Source: Cyanophora paradoxa CCMP329 (Eukaryota > Plantae > Glaucophyta). From it: a stretch of DNA of 64,000 nucleotides. Each line of letters opens with the position of its first letter. The first letter of the stretch is position 1. The translations under genes were made by a program, and so were the position numbers. The stretch is from contig QPMI01000091.1 of assembly GCA_004431415.1 (NCBI GenBank), forward strand, positions 22,872 through 86,871, in the 5' to 3' direction. Shown here piece by piece: positions 50,415 to 63,640 of the stretch. Under the pieces are notes generated by a model, which did no database searches, was not told the origin of the DNA, and was given only the letters and a program-made list of their open reading frames with translations.

Positions 50415-52018
50415 GGGCCTCCTGGGCGCGCGCGAGGCGGCGCAGCTGGGTGGGGCGTCGGGGCGGGGGGCGGGGGCGCGGGGGGGTGGCGGCGGGGGCG
50501 CGCCTCGGCGAAGTCGAGGATGGCGTCCAGGTGGGGCACCACCGTGCCCCCCTCCACGCTCTCCGCCCACGGCAGGCCCTCCTTCCCCACCCGCGCCACC
50601 GCCTGCCCCACGCACCGCCCCTCAGCCTTCGCTGCCGGCGGGCAGGAGCGGGCGGGGGCGGGGCGCCTGTCGCAGCTCGTAGTAGCGGTCGCCGACGGCG
50701 CGCGGGGAGATGCCGCCCAGCGCGACGCAGACCTGCCGACCCGGCTCGCTCTCCGCTCTTCGCGGGGCGGGGCGCAGGGGAGCGGGGCGGTGCGGGGCGC
50801 CTTGGCGATGATCTGCTTGCGTTGAGGGACGGTAAGGGTCAGGCGGGGACCCTCCGGGGCGGCGGAGGCGGCGCTCCCCGCCTCGCGCCACTCCTCCTCG
50901 TCCGTCTCCGCCGCCTGGCCCGCCTCCCCCGCCCCCGTCGCCGCCTCGGCCCCCGCCTCCGCCGCCAGGACGCGCCCCGCCGCCCGCGGGTTGTTCTCCA
51001 GCGCCAGCGCGATGGCCGCCCCGCAGACGAGCTGCGGCCGCCGCCCGTCCTGCACCCACATCTCCTGTGCGCCCGTTAGCGACGGGAGGCGGGCGGGGAG
51101 GCGCGCCGGGGGCACAATCGCGTGCCTTCGCAATCTCGAGGATGCGTATCGTCTGCTGCAGGACCCTGCTTCTCCTCCCTGCCGTGGCGGCGGCGCCTCA
51201 GAGAGGGGCGCGGGGGTGCGAGCGGGGCGGGGCCGGAGACCCAGGACGAGGCCCAAGTTCGAGCACGTGCGCTCGACGTAGACCACGGGCTCGTGGGCCG
51301 GCACCACGAGTTTGAACTCCTGCTGCACCGCCCCGCACATGCGGAACAAGGAGAAGACCAGCATGCCGGCCGCGTCCTGTGCCGCCGGCGGCAGGTGAGC
51401 GGGCACGCGCGCAGCGACGGCGGGCGACGCACGGCGACGTCCATGCAGGAGACGGGCGTCTCGTTCTGCCGGCATACGATGTACGTGCTGGCGGCGGCCA
51501 TGTAGTTGACCAGGCGCCGCCTCGACCAGCTGTCGCCGCAGTGAGCGCAGGAGCGCAGGCCGTTGCGAAGAAAACGTAAGCGCAAGAACACCTGGAGTCT
51601 ATGATGCGCCGCATCAGGCTGCACGCCTCCCCTTTGATGCGCCGCGAGACCCCAAGGATCGACCCTAGCTGATCTACGCGCTTTAAAGCGGCTTTCTGCG
51701 AAAGATAAGACACAGGTATCTAGTGGCAGGACGTAGAGAGCGCACCACACGCCAAGCCTGGCGCTCACACTCCGAGTGAACCCCCGGCCCGCTGAGCCGG
51801 GCACCGCGTAGGCCGCCGTTCACGTCGTTGTTCCGCACGACGGTGCCGACGCGGTTGAACTTGTCGTCAGGGCCGTTCGCTCTTTCCTTCTTGGTGAACT
51901 CGAGGCTGGCGTGCAGGACGCCCTCCTCCACGACGAGGCCGCAGCTCGAACACACACGTTCGTTCGCCTCCTGCACAATCTCGTCGTTGCAATCTGGACA
52001 TCGGTCGACCCGGGCCAT
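49772..52018 (-). CDS. TFIIB-related factor (BRF-type, TFIIIB subunit; spliced; 3' end approximate)
   Basis: Zn ribbon CPDC...VCSSCGLVVEE, cyclin-fold AAASTYIVCRQ, and WVQDGRRPQLVCGAAI (cf. BRF GRRP..LCGA). Confidence 0.8.
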
Positions 52019-52029
52019 CTCAAGCTAAG

Positions 52030-52365
52030 GCGCCAAGCTGTACCCTCCTCGCGCCAGCCTCAGGCAGCCTGACGCTTCCCGCAGTCGGTGGAGATGAGCG
52101 CAATCGACCCTTCTCTGTCGGAGGCGGACGGGGCTCTTCACTTTGGGACCTGCCACAACGCGCGCCCGAAGAGACCGATTCAGTGCTTCGGGTGTGAGCG
52201 TTTTGGACACACTTCAAGAGAGTGCTCAGGAGCGAAGCGCTCGGCGAGGCGCCACCCCCCTCCCGCGGCCTCACGGCCGCTGGAGACGGAGGTGGGCTCC
52301 CGAGCGATAGTGCAGACGGCGCCGGCGCCGAGCCCGGCGTTGGGGGCGGTGGAGACGACCCCTGC

Positions 52366-52415
<50 letters not shown>

Positions 52416-53186
52416 CGCCGCCAGTGGCGACGGCGGTGGCGGTGACGGCGGCGATGCCGCCGGCAGCGGTGGCGACGACGGGGCCGGCTGGTCCGGGGAC
52501 GGCGTCAAAGGCGGCGAAGGCGTCGCCGGCACGGCACAAGACCACGGCCAACAAGCCGAAGGGGACTCGGGCCAGGGAATCCGGGCCCTCCGAGGACGGC
52601 TCCCCTTCGGCCGCCCTCACGAAGCGGCGAGCGATTACAGAGGAGGCGGATGAAATGGCGCTGGCGATGGAGGAGGCGGGCCTCTCCCCGGAAGAGAGGG
52701 CCCAAATGTTTCTTGCGGCCCTCCAGGCGGAGGAGACCCCGTCCCCGCCCGCCCCAACCGTTACAGAACCCTTTCTTTTGCCAGGATTGAGAGCAGGATT
52801 CTTTAGATGAGTCGGTATAGTTCTTCCTTTCTGATTGACCCTTCATCTCTTCAGAGGTTTTTGCACCTACAGCTAGCCACTGTAGGTTCTGTGCCACCGC
52901 GCTTCACAGGCTTTTCCTCTGTTCGTACACGGGTCGATCAGCTCTTTGGCCGTCTCTTGGCTAGTCGGATGCTTCTGGTATACGTAGTCACTGAGCTCTG
53001 GGCTTTACTCAGTTCCTCGGTTTCAGTCCCTCCTCGTCTACTGTACGTCATGGCGGTAGATGGCGCCACCTACGTGTCTTCATGCCGTAGGTGTCTCGAC
53101 CAGCGAGATTTAGCGCTGAGAGGATAGACTTTAAACCTGTTAGGTGTACATAGGTGGTGTACCCCTAATAGGAGCACACACACACC
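52030..53186 (+). mobile_element. 5'-truncated non-LTR retroelement fragment: ORF1/gag-like zinc knuckle, 3' UTR, (CA)n tail
   Basis: Intronless ORF 52088..52810 with CFGCERFGHTSREC (CX2CX4HX4C); lower-GC T-rich trailer ending in CACACACACAC; no ORF2; boundaries approximate. Confidence 0.6.
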
Positions 53187-54727
53187 TGAACAGCTTCAAG
53201 GGCAGCTAGCTAGCTATAGCTACAGCTGCAGTTCATGGCGTGCAAGCCGGCACGTTTAGGCTGTTGAGCCTGCGTACGCGTGCGCTAAACCGATTCCGCT
53301 GTGGAGGCTATTCAAACTCGCTAGCGCTACGACACTACGTATACCGATTTGAGTCTATCTAGACTAATCTAGACAGACTCAGGTCTAATCTAGACTACTA
53401 AGGTCATGCGGCAGTAGGCGCGCTACGTCCGCGCGCCTCCCAAGCCTATAGCTAGGCCTGCGGCCGCGGCCGCGGCCGCTGCCGACGCCGGCGCCGGCGC
53501 GGCGGCTCGTGCGGTCGCAGCCCCCGCGGCGTGCCTCGCGTCATTGTCCCGCACGGTCGCCGGCGGCGTGACGCTCGAGAACTCCATGTCCATCCGCTGG
53601 GCCGCCCTGAGGCTCGCCGGGGGCGTACGCGTGGGGATCCACATGGGAGGCGTGAGGTCGTAAAGCCCTGCGCCGCCCGGGCGCAGGTGTGAAGGGCGTC
53701 GAAGCGGAGACTTTGGCAGTAGAAGCGGAGACTTTGACAGTATCTTACTACTAATGCGTACCGGCGCATTGCTCTTTTGTCAAGGGCTTGGGCTTCTCAC
53801 TGCAAAAGAAGAGCCGACTGACGCCCGGGCAAGGTGAGCTTCAAGAAGGGCAGGAGGGAGCATTCGCGGCGGACCTCAGCGTGCTGTCACCAGCCGCCAT
53901 TTTACACTCCATCCACGCGAGAATGCGCCGGGTCCACGTGCCGTCCAACTCCTTCCGAGGCGAGGCCGGCGGCCACTCCTCTGCTGTAAGGTCTCGGTGG
54001 GGGGAAGGTTGTACGTCACCGTCTCCGCCGCGGCCGCTGCTCGTACTACTGCTACTGCTGGTACCGCTGCTGCCAGCACCCGCCCTCGAACCCGCTCCTT
54101 GTCGGTGATCTGAAAGCGTCTTCAGCTCTGCATGACGCGAAGGTCGCGGCGGGCGCACAGGCGCTGCTGGCGTGGCACCGGTCTGGCTGCATGCAGCTGA
54201 CGGGCCGGCGGTACTTGTTGTTAACGTTGTAGGCGGCGGTGCGGGCGGCGAGCGCCTGCCTGCGAGCGCTTCTGGTTCAATTGTGAGGCCGAAGGACAGA
54301 GCGTGCAAGCACGGACTCGTGGCTTCTCGTTGCGCGAGCTCAGCGAGCTCGTCAGCGGTCGGAGGAGTGAAGAATTGCGCGACGTTAGAGGCTGACAGCA
54401 CCTGCTCACGTAAACGTCGAGCGTCGCTGCGCTCGCTACGCTGTCAGCGCGGCACCTTGCGGATCTTGCGCGGTCCGCTGTTCAACCCCAGTTCCTGGAA
54501 GCTGCCTCCCCCGGCCGCGGCTTCGGCGGGCGGGCAAGTGCGAGTCTGCGCTTGCCATGTTGCTACACACTTCACGGCCTACCAGTATACGTTCGTTCCT
54601 GGGAGCCGAGGTGAGGCTGATAGGCACGGCTTGAAGGCTAGCCAGGAGGCTCTACATGGGCTACCGTGATAAACAAACCGGCCGTTCCAGCAGCTCGCCG
54701 TTCCAGCAGCAGGGGGGGGGTACTGTG

Positions 54728-54800
54728 TCCAACTCGTCCAACTTTCCTCCAACTTTCGTCCAGCTTTCGAATTTGTCTAAAACTTTCGTCCAAACTTTAA
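54728..54800. repeat. Degenerate ~11-bp tandem repeat (G)TCCAACTTTC just upstream of a gene
   Basis: About 5-6 copies following GGGGGGGGGTACTGT. Confidence 0.6.
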
Positions 54801-54835
54801 ACCACACGCGTCTGACCCCCTGTCTGCCCACGGAG

Positions 54836-55821
54836 ATGGCTTTCCGCGCGAAACCCAGCATCTTGAATCGGCCCTTGAAGAACCCCGCGCCCAACACGCA
54901 GCTGCATGCATCAATCGATGTGCAAGCCGATCAGGAGAAAGCAAGGCTGGAGGCGCTCGCGCAGAAGAAGAAGGTATTGAAAGCCGTGTCTTTTGAAGAC
55001 GACTGCTAACTACTGCGCCCTCTTCACAACAAAGGCGATGCAAGACGAGGCCTTGAAACGCATGTTTGGTAGCTGCTTCAGCACGCGTCCAACTAGTTGC
55101 TCGTCGCTGAACCGTGTCCCGCATCCAGGCACGCCAGAGGAGAAGGCGGAGATCGCACGCCGGGAGGCACAGGAACACGAACGACACCTGCAGGTCCGTC
55201 CTCCCCTCGGTCCTTCGGGCATCTTGATCATGGGGCTGTCGGATCGTACGCGCACGCGTAGCGCTAAGTATTTTGCTGCAGATTAGGCATAGCTTGCAAG
55301 CCCAGGCCCAAGCCCAGGAGGCCAACGTCTCGGTGCGCTGGAGGCCCCCCGCAGGCTTCGCTTCGATGCTGCCGTCGTGCATTAGGACAGGAAACGGGCT
55401 GGCTGACGCCAACTGTCGGCGCAGGCTGCCATGATCTCCGCAGTCCAAGTACTTATACTGCGCGCCTCGCGCCTCGCGTCGCTTGCTGACACTGCTGTTC
55501 GCAGGCTAACCTGGACGCGGACAAGGAGAGGGAAGAGGCACGGAAACAGTATGCGCGGCAGGTGAGGAGCACAAGCGCTCGCGCGCCGACCGCAGCCTGC
55601 GGGACGCGATACGCGGCTCACCGGGGGTCATTGGCCGCCAGGTCCTGGAGGAGAACAAGCGGCTGATCGAGCTTCGCAACAAGTCTCGTGCGGAGCAGTA
55701 CCGCAGCGAACTGGAAAAAGACCGCGCCGACGCTGCGCGCCCCGAGGTGAGCAGACCTTCGCTCCCCCTTCCACGCCCGCCCAACGGTTCCGCGCAGCCC
55801 TGGAATAGGAGCCTGGTATAG
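54836..55821 (+). CDS. Small spliced coiled-coil protein of unknown function
   Basis: Exons bounded by GT-AG introns join into an E/K/R/Q-rich helix (QEKARLEALAQKKK / AMQDEALKRMF / VLEENKRLIELRNK). Confidence 0.55.
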
Positions 55822-56265
55822 TACGAATGACGCGACCTGGTATAGTGCGTGCAGCAGCGCGCTTGTATTCAACCGCAGTGTAAAGCACCAAAACATATTT
55901 ACAAAGAGGGCGCCGTGGCGCGAGGGCGCCGTGGCGCGGAGGCGCCCGTCCGGATCCATTCAGGTGGCGGCGGGGGCGGCGAGGAGGGAGGGGCGGCGGG
56001 GGCCTGCGGGGGCGGCGGCGGGGGCGCGGGGCTTGTCGTGGGCGGGCAGCTCGGTGCCCTGCATCGCGGCGTGAAGCGCCTCCAGCGAGTCGGCGAAGAC
56101 GAACGTCGGCCGGTGCACGTGCCTCGCATTCGCGTGCGCCGCCTCCTGCTCCCCGCCGGCGGGCCCGGGGCCGCCGAAGCCGCAGCCGGGGCAGCGGGGC
56201 GCCGGGGGCGGGCGGCGGGCTGGCCGAGGGCACGTCCGTGATGTCGAGCTCGAGGGCCGGGGCCT

Positions 56266-58349
56266 TTAGCGCGCGGGCGGGGCGGCGAGCGGGGGCGGCG
56301 CCGTGAGGGCGAACGTGCACTCCACGCCCTACACGCGGCGCGGCTCAAGCGTCAGCCGCCCATCGACGCGACGCGAAGCGGGGCGGGGCGGGGCGGGGCG
56401 GGGCACGTAGTGGTCGGAGAGCTGGGAGTAGGGGCGGCGGGCCACGAAGAAGGGCTCGACGCGGGCGGTGCCGGCGACGGGCCGCACGTGGGCGTGCCGG
56501 TGGGCCGCGTCCAGCCCCGGCACCAGCTCGCAGAGCGGCGGGATGTAGAAGATGTAGTCGATCCTGCCGCCCGCGCGCGCCCCCGCGCGCTCGGTGAGGC
56601 GGGCTGGAGGGGGAGAGGATGCAATGGGGCGCGGCGGGGCACACGACTGCATGGTGACGAGGTCGTCCTCGTGCGTCAGCGCCGTCTCCCGGGGCAGCAG
56701 CGGCCCGCCCGGGTAGTCCTGCGAGGCCCTCGAGCGCGCCCCGCGGGCCGGCGGGACGGGGCGGCGGGGCGGGACGGGGCGGAGCGGAGCGGGGCGGGCC
56801 TGGACGGCATCGCCGAAGGTGACGGGGTGCTGCCCGCCGTTGTCCTCCTGCGCGCGCGCGCGCCTCGACGCCCTCCGGCGCGCGCGCGAGGCCAGGGACG
56901 GCGGCGGGCGGGCGGGCGGGCACCTTGAGGAGGTCTCGCACGTGACCGGCCGGGTCGACCGCCTGCGCGGGCGCGCGCGCCGCGGCCGCCCGTGAGGCCC
57001 CGCGGCAGCAGAGGGGCGAGCATGCGCACTCGGAGGAGATCCAGGTACTCGCGAGACTCGCCGGGGGGCGGCGGCGGCGCGTGCGGGTTCTTGCGGGTGA
57101 TCGCCGGCGGGTGGCGGGGGGACAGGCCCGTCGGCGAGTGCTCGTGGTGCGCGCGCGAGTTTATGTTGAAGTCCTGCGGAAAACGGCATCGGCCGGCACT
57201 GCGTTGGCTGCGCAAACGCGCGGGGCCCCGCGCACGCCGGCGAGGATCACGGGCAGGTCGTTCCCGCGCCGCTTGCTGCCGACGTCGACCCCTTCGCGCG
57301 AGCCGGCACTGCGCCAGCTGTGGGCGGGCAGGCGAGCGCGGACCTCTGCACGAAGGCGCTCAGGCAAGCGAGCTGCTGCTTCCGAATGGCGACGTAGCGC
57401 TCCGGCACGGGACAGCCAACCTCCGGGTACGTCGCCTGAACCGCGTGCTAAGCGAGAGACTGTAGCTGCACCCGGCGAGAGAACACACCTGCAAGTGCGT
57501 GCTAAAGAGGTGGAAGCGGCTGGAAGGTGTGCCGTCCGTCCCCTCAATGAGAGCGTACAGAACGGACTTCGACGCCAGTGCATCGGCCCCTTTGATCGTG
57601 CCGCGCGGAAGGACGACCGCGTCAGAGAGCAATATTCTGAGAGAGCAATCAGTTTTTTGAGCCGAACCCGTTCGTCAAACTTTCGTCTAAATCACTTGGA
57701 CGAAACGTTAAGCCCCGCGGCGGCCCGTCCAACTTCAGCGCAGCGTATGCGCGGGGTTGAGTACCGCTTCTTGCTAAGTATAACAAGGCCCGAATCCACG
57801 AGGAAGAAGAGCGGCTGCCGAGGTCTCGCGGAGTATTTGAAGCCGAGTTCCTGGGTACGGAAGGTCAGAGAGCGGTGCGGGCGTTCGAAGGCAGTGCCGC
57901 GCGCACCTGTGCGGCCTTGATGAGACGCCGCGGGCGGTTTGTCCCCAGCGAGAAGACCTCCTCAAGGCAAACGACCTGGCGAAGGGCACGAGTGAGTGCT
58001 GCATGCACTTGACGGACCGGACGAGCGCTGGCGATCCGCGCGGCGAAGAGCGCGCGGCGTGGCTGAGGCGCGATGAGGACGTCTAAAGAGACAGGCAAGG
58101 CTACTGTTGAGCGACGGGAGCGCCTCGAAGGCAAGGGCGGCGCGCGCGCGCGGGGCTCGGGCGTCGGAGTGGCGCACGTCGTACGAGGAAATCAACGCGA
58201 GGAAATCGTCCAGTCGCTCGTCCTTGAAGTCATCTAAAAGAAGATGAGGCGCGCATTCCAAAGCCCTGTACACGGCGCGGGAATAGCAGACCGCCGTTGT
58301 TACAGACCCCGGGCGGCCGCAAAAAGAGGTTCAGCGCCAGGATCCGCAT
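56266..58349 (-). CDS. EEP-superfamily phosphodiesterase, neutral sphingomyelinase-like (spliced; 3' end uncertain)
   Basis: MRILALNLFLRPP, DVVCLEEVF, DSGLVILSK, DALASKSVL, FSTHLQ, GDFNI, RIDYIF, LSDHY. Confidence 0.88.
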
Positions 58350-58753
58350 GTGGGTGCCGTATTCGCCCGACGCGCGCCGCGTGTCTAGATCTAACGAAGC
58401 TGTACCCCCTCCCGAAAGGGAGAGCTGTACCCCCTCGAGCTCCCGGAGGGGGAGAAGTTCCAAATTCGATCTTCGAACGTCGAAGTTTGCCAAGTATACG
58501 TACGTATACGTATATACGTATACGTTGCCCGGCCCGAAATCAAAGTCCGCACATGCACGTGATTCGAAGTCCCCGAGATTGCTATAGCTAGCGCTTGCCG
58601 CAGTGCATTGCCGCAGTGCGATTGCAATTGCAATTAATATTGGAATGGCGCCAGGTTTGCACAAGGAAAACAACGGGACGAGGCTAGGCCTAGGTGAAGT
58701 ACGTATACAGTGGGAAGCGCGGGATCGAGCTCGGGATCGGAGGGGTTCTAGAG

Positions 58754-61700
58754 CTAGCGGGCCGCCGGGACAGGGGCGCCGCTGCTGGAGGAGGCCCCCG
58801 CGGGCGCGGCGGCTGCGGGGGCAGCAACGGGCGCCGGCGCCTGGGCGGGCATGGCCTCGAAGAGGCGCCGCCACTGGTCCGTGCGGAGGTTCGGGCGGTC
58901 GGTGCGCGAGAGGCCGAGTCGGCCGGTTTCGGGGCGCGCGAGGCGCGGCGGCGGCGGGCGCGGCGGCGGCGGGGCGCGCCGAAGAGGCCGGCGTAGCGCG
59001 CCATGTACATCTCCATGTCCGAGTCCGAGTCGGAGTCCTCCATCTCCTCCTCCATGCCCGGCGGGCCGTACATGAAGCCGGGAACGGGAACGGGTACGGC
59101 TCGTCCTCGTAGACCTCGGCGTCGGAGTACCCGTCGTACGAGTCGAGGGAGAGGTTGTCCGCGGGGCGCGCCCCGGGGCGGGGCGCCGCGGAGGACGAGG
59201 AGGAGGGGCCGTCCGGGCGCGGGGCGGCGGGTCCGGCGGGGGCCGGGGCGGGGCGTCGGGGTCCGGGAGCGGGGCGCGCCGGCGCTGTCGGCGAGGGCCG
59301 GGTGCGGGTCCCGGACCTGCAGCACGCGCTCCTCGGCCGTGCCGCGCGTCGCGAAGACCACGATCTCCACGTCCCGCGTCTGGCCTGCGCTCGCCACCGC
59401 CCCCTCCATCACAACGAGCGCACCCAGAGCGGAGGCGACGCGGACCGATGCGGTAGACTCGGTTGACGGCCTGCGCCTCCGTGCCGGCGTTGAGGCACGG
59501 CTCCATGATGAACGTCAAGTTTGCCGCCGTCAGAGTTAAACCAACCGCCCCCGCCTGCCCCGCGTCAGCGCCGGCAGCGCCGCGCGGGGGCCGGGGGCGG
59601 GATGCAGGGGGCAGCACCCGGACGGAGAGGAGGAAGACACGGCAGGCGGGGTCGTCCTGGAAGGACTGGAGGGCCTTGGCGCGCGTCTTCGCCGCCGTCG
59701 ACCCTTCGATCTTCACGTACCTGCGCCGCCCCCGCCGCCCGCCCCGCCGCCGTCAGGTCCCGGGCCGCCGCGCTCGGATCGGAGCCACTCGAGCGGCGCG
59801 CACCGGAAGGCCTCGCGCTTGAGGGCGGCCTCGATGCGCGCCAGCGTCTCGTTGAAGCTCGAGAAGACGATCGCCTTGTCGCCCTCCGCCATGCCCCGCA
59901 GCGCCGCCAGCAGCGCCCGCACCTTCGGGCCCTCCGCTGCCCCGCCTGCCCCAGCGCCCCGCGCGTAAGCTGCCGGCGGCGGCGGCGCGCTCGGGCGACG
60001 AGCCGGCGCCGGAGCGGCGCACCGCGATGAGTTTGAGGTCGAAGTCGTCGGCGTCGGCGCCGCCCGCCGCGGCTGGCGCAGGCTCCGGGGCCGGCTGGGC
60101 CGGCGGCTTTACCACCATCAGCTGCGGCGCGGGGCAGGTCAGCGCGCGGCCAGGGTGGGTGAGTGGGCGGGGCGGGGCGGGGCGCGGCGCGCGCCTGGTT
60201 GTGGCGGAGGGGCCGGCGGCACTGGGGCAGCCGGTGTTGGTGCCGCGGGAGATGGCTGCCTCGATGCAGCCCTGGCAGTAGACGTGCCCGCAGGGCGTGA
60301 TAGTCGGCTCCTCGCACAGCTCCCAGCAGATCTGCCCCCGTGAGTGAGCGGGGCGCGGCGGGAGGGCGGGGCGGGTCTCCGGGCGCGGACCGTGCACTCG
60401 ATGAGGTTTCAGCTGCGCGATGTTCTTCTGCACCTCAACGACGAACTCCTGCGCGTTCGCTGCGCCCAGGGGCCAGTCGGCTGCCCGCCGCGCGGGGCGG
60501 GGCGGGGCGGGGCGGGGCGGCGCACTGCTCTGCGCGATTTTCTGAAGGATCTCTTCAACGGGCATCTTGGCGGGCCTCCCCGCCTCGGGCGCCCCGCCCT
60601 CGGGCTCCGGCTCGCTGGCGAGGGCCTCCACCGCCTTCACCAGCTGCCCGTACTTCTCCGGCGTCACCAGCGACGGGTGGCTCGCGAACTGCCGCAGCAC
60701 CAGCAGCAGGCTCATCGCCTGCCCGCCCCGCCTCAGCTGCGCACGGGTGCACGGGGCGCCGGGGGGCGGGGCGCGCCTGGACGTAGTTGGAGCGGAGGAG
60801 GTCGTCGGAGCGGCCGATGCGCGCGAACTTCCTCTCGACGAGGGCGTGCAGGCGGGCGTAGAGCTCGGCGTCCTCGGGCGGCATCTCCACCCGCTGCACC
60901 GCGTACGTCTTGGCGGGCAGCGCCACCAGCGGCGCCCCGTCCATCACCTGCGAGCCTGCGCGCGCGTGAGCGGGGCGCAGCCGGCGAGAGGGCGACCCCG
61001 GAGGGGCCGGGGCCGGCACCGATGTGGCGGATCATGAGGATCTTGAGCATGCTGAGGAGGACGCCGCGCTTGGCGTCGTAGAGGACTCGTAGGGCCGCAC
61101 GACGGCCTCGCGCCAGCCCGAGGCCGACGAGGCGAACGGCTCCACCTTCAGGAACGCGAGCGTCGTGTGCAGGTCGTTCGCCTGGTTCTGCAGCGGCGTC
61201 CCTGCAGCAAAATACGTCGGCCTGCAGATCCCGGAGGCGCAGCCGATATCTCGAAGGGCGCACCCGACGCGGCCCACCGGAACTTGGCGTCCAGGCTGCA
61301 GATGAATTTGGTAGTCTTGGCCTGCGCGTTCTTGATGTAGTGGGACTCGTCTGCGGCGCGGGGTCGGCCGCGAGCGCCGGCCGCGCACGCGGGGCGGGGC
61401 CTACCAAGAATAATGCGCCGCCAGCGGACTTTCTGGAGAGCGTCCACCTCCGTGAGGCCGACCTTGGCCAGGATAGAGTAGGTCGTCTGCGGCGCCCAGT
61501 GAGCGGCGGCGGCGGCGGCGGCTGCGGCGGCGGCGGCGGAGCGGCGCACCAGCACGATGTCGCACTTGGCGAGGGCCTTGGCGCTCGTCGTGCGGTTCTC
61601 GTGGTACTGCGCGGGGCGTCAGGGGAGATCGGGGCGGGCGGGCGGCGGGGCGGGCCTGGAGGACGCGGAGCTTGCGGGAGCACTTGCGCTCGATCTCGTT

Positions 61701-63640
61701 GGCCCACTGCCCGAGCAGCGAGACGGGCACAACGACCAGCGTCGCCGCCGAGTCCACCATCTCCTCCGCCTTCGGCTGCTGGAGCGCCGGGCCCTTCTCC
61801 GCCTTGGCGCCCGCCTTTCCCCCGCGCCCGCCGCGCGCGCCGCGCCCGCCGCGGCCGCCGCGGCCCCGGCCGGTGCTGGAGGCGGAGGCGGAAGAGGCGC
61901 CGTCTCTGCGGGCGAGCCGGGGCGCCCCTGCGGGCCGTCCGCGGAGCCCTCCGTTGAAACCGCCGCCGACGCCGGCGCGCCCAGGTCCGCCGCGGGCGCC
62001 TCCTCCGGCTCGGCGGCGGCGGCGGCAGCGGCGGCAGCGCCCTTGCCGCCTCGCCCGCGGCCGCGCGCGCCGCCGCGGCCTCCGCCACGGCCGCGGGCGG
62101 CGCGCTTGCGGGGCGGGGGCGCCTCGTTCCTCCGACGAGGACGCGTTGGAGCCGCTGGCCGAGCTCCCTGCCTCCTCCTCCTCCTCCTCCTCTTTTAACC
62201 GCCGCCTTCCGCTTCTTCTCCGCCGCCGCCGCCGAGGCGCGCCGCGGGGCGCGGGCCCCCCGCTTGGGCCGGCGGCGCGGCCGCCTCGCCGCCCGAGGAC
62301 GAGCCGTCGCTTCGTCTCCGCGTCCTCCATCTTCTCCTCCTCCTCCTCCTTCGCGGCGCGCCCGCGCTTCTTCGCCGCCGGCTTGCGGGCCGCCGGGCGG
62401 GCCTTGCGCTTGCCGGCCGCCTTGGCCGGCGCCTCGTCCTCCTCGCCGAGCTGCTGGCGGCCGCCGCGGCCCTCCCTTCCTCCCTTGGAGCTCGAGCCCG
62501 CCCGCTCCGCGTCCTGCCGCGCCGTCGGCGGCCGGCGGGGCGGGCGGGGCGGGCGGCGGGCGGCGGGCGGGGCGCACCAGCGCCTCGAGGTCGGCGAGGA
62601 TCAGGGAGAGCAGCTCGACGGTCTTGCCGAGCCCCATCGCCTCCCCCAGGATCCCGCCCCGCTCCCCCGGCAGCGCCCACGCGAACGACGCCGTCAGCGG
62701 GCAGTAGAAGTACGGTTTGCCTGCGCCCGAGGGCATCGGAGGGGCGCGAGGGACAAGCGCGGCGGCGCAGCGGACCGCTGGGGAACTTGAGGGGCGTCCA
62801 GAAGGGGGCGGAGATGGACTCGCCGCGCTCCTTGTCGAGCATCCAGGCGAGGGACTGCCTCTGGTAGTTGCGCAGCTCCACGGAGAGGCCCTTGGGCGCC
62901 TCCGCCTCGCGGTACCCGTCCGACACGCAGCGATCCAGCAGCTTGCCGAGCGAGTCGGGGACGTCCACCCAGCCGCCCCGCATCATCTTCCACTCCGCTG
63001 CGGGCCGGAGTCAGGGGCGGCGTCTCGAGTGCGCTGGCGCGCGGGCGCGGTGCGCACGGCGCTGCCTCCCTTCGAGGGTCGCCGTGAACTTCTTGAAGTC
63101 GCCGGGCGAGCCCGGCGCGGGGGCCGAGGAGGAGGACGAGGACGCGGCGCGGGCCGAGGAGGAGGCGGCGGGGGTCGAAGAGGAGGCCGCGGCGGGGCCC
63201 GAGGAGGCGGGGGGCGCGTCGGCGGGCAGGCAGAGGTTCGGCATCTCCAGGTGCTCCATCATCACTGCGAGGCGGAGGTCAGACTTCGCGGGCGAGAGGC
63301 GGGTCCACAGGGCCGGGCCGCACGGCGGATCCGGTCCTGCCGCTTCTTCTCCCAGTCACGGCTCGCGAAGAGAGGCTCCTGGGCGTACACCTTGCACTGG
63401 AGCGAGCGCGCGGGGCGGCGTCAGCGCGGCGAGTGGCGCCGGGCGGGCGCGGGCCGGCGCGAGCCGGCCGCACGCACCTCGAGCTTCAAGAGCGAGCTGA
63501 ACCACGTGCTTGATGCGTCGGCGAGAGTGTAGGTGGCCGAGACGTAGACGTAGCCATTCGTTGCGAGGAACATGAGCGCCTCGAGCAGGCGGTTCTCAGT
63601 GATCTCCTTCTTGTTCACTGCCCGCAGGATGAGAGGGCGT
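58754..63640 (-). CDS. RAD5/HLTF-like SNF2 ATPase with RING finger (spliced; ends approximate)
   Basis: LRNYQRQSLAWM, GGILGEAMGLGKT, TLVVVPVSLLGQW, WRRIILDESHYIKN, GTPLQN, RING ICWE..PCGHVYCQGC..CP.CR, GAVGLTLTAAN..QAVNRVYRIGQ. Confidence 0.92.

Noticed and set aside
53400-54660. Possible spliced gene or element on the minus strand (ORF 53841..54401; 21-bp duplication near 53700)
   Set aside because: No recognisable domain or element ends; not enough support to annotate
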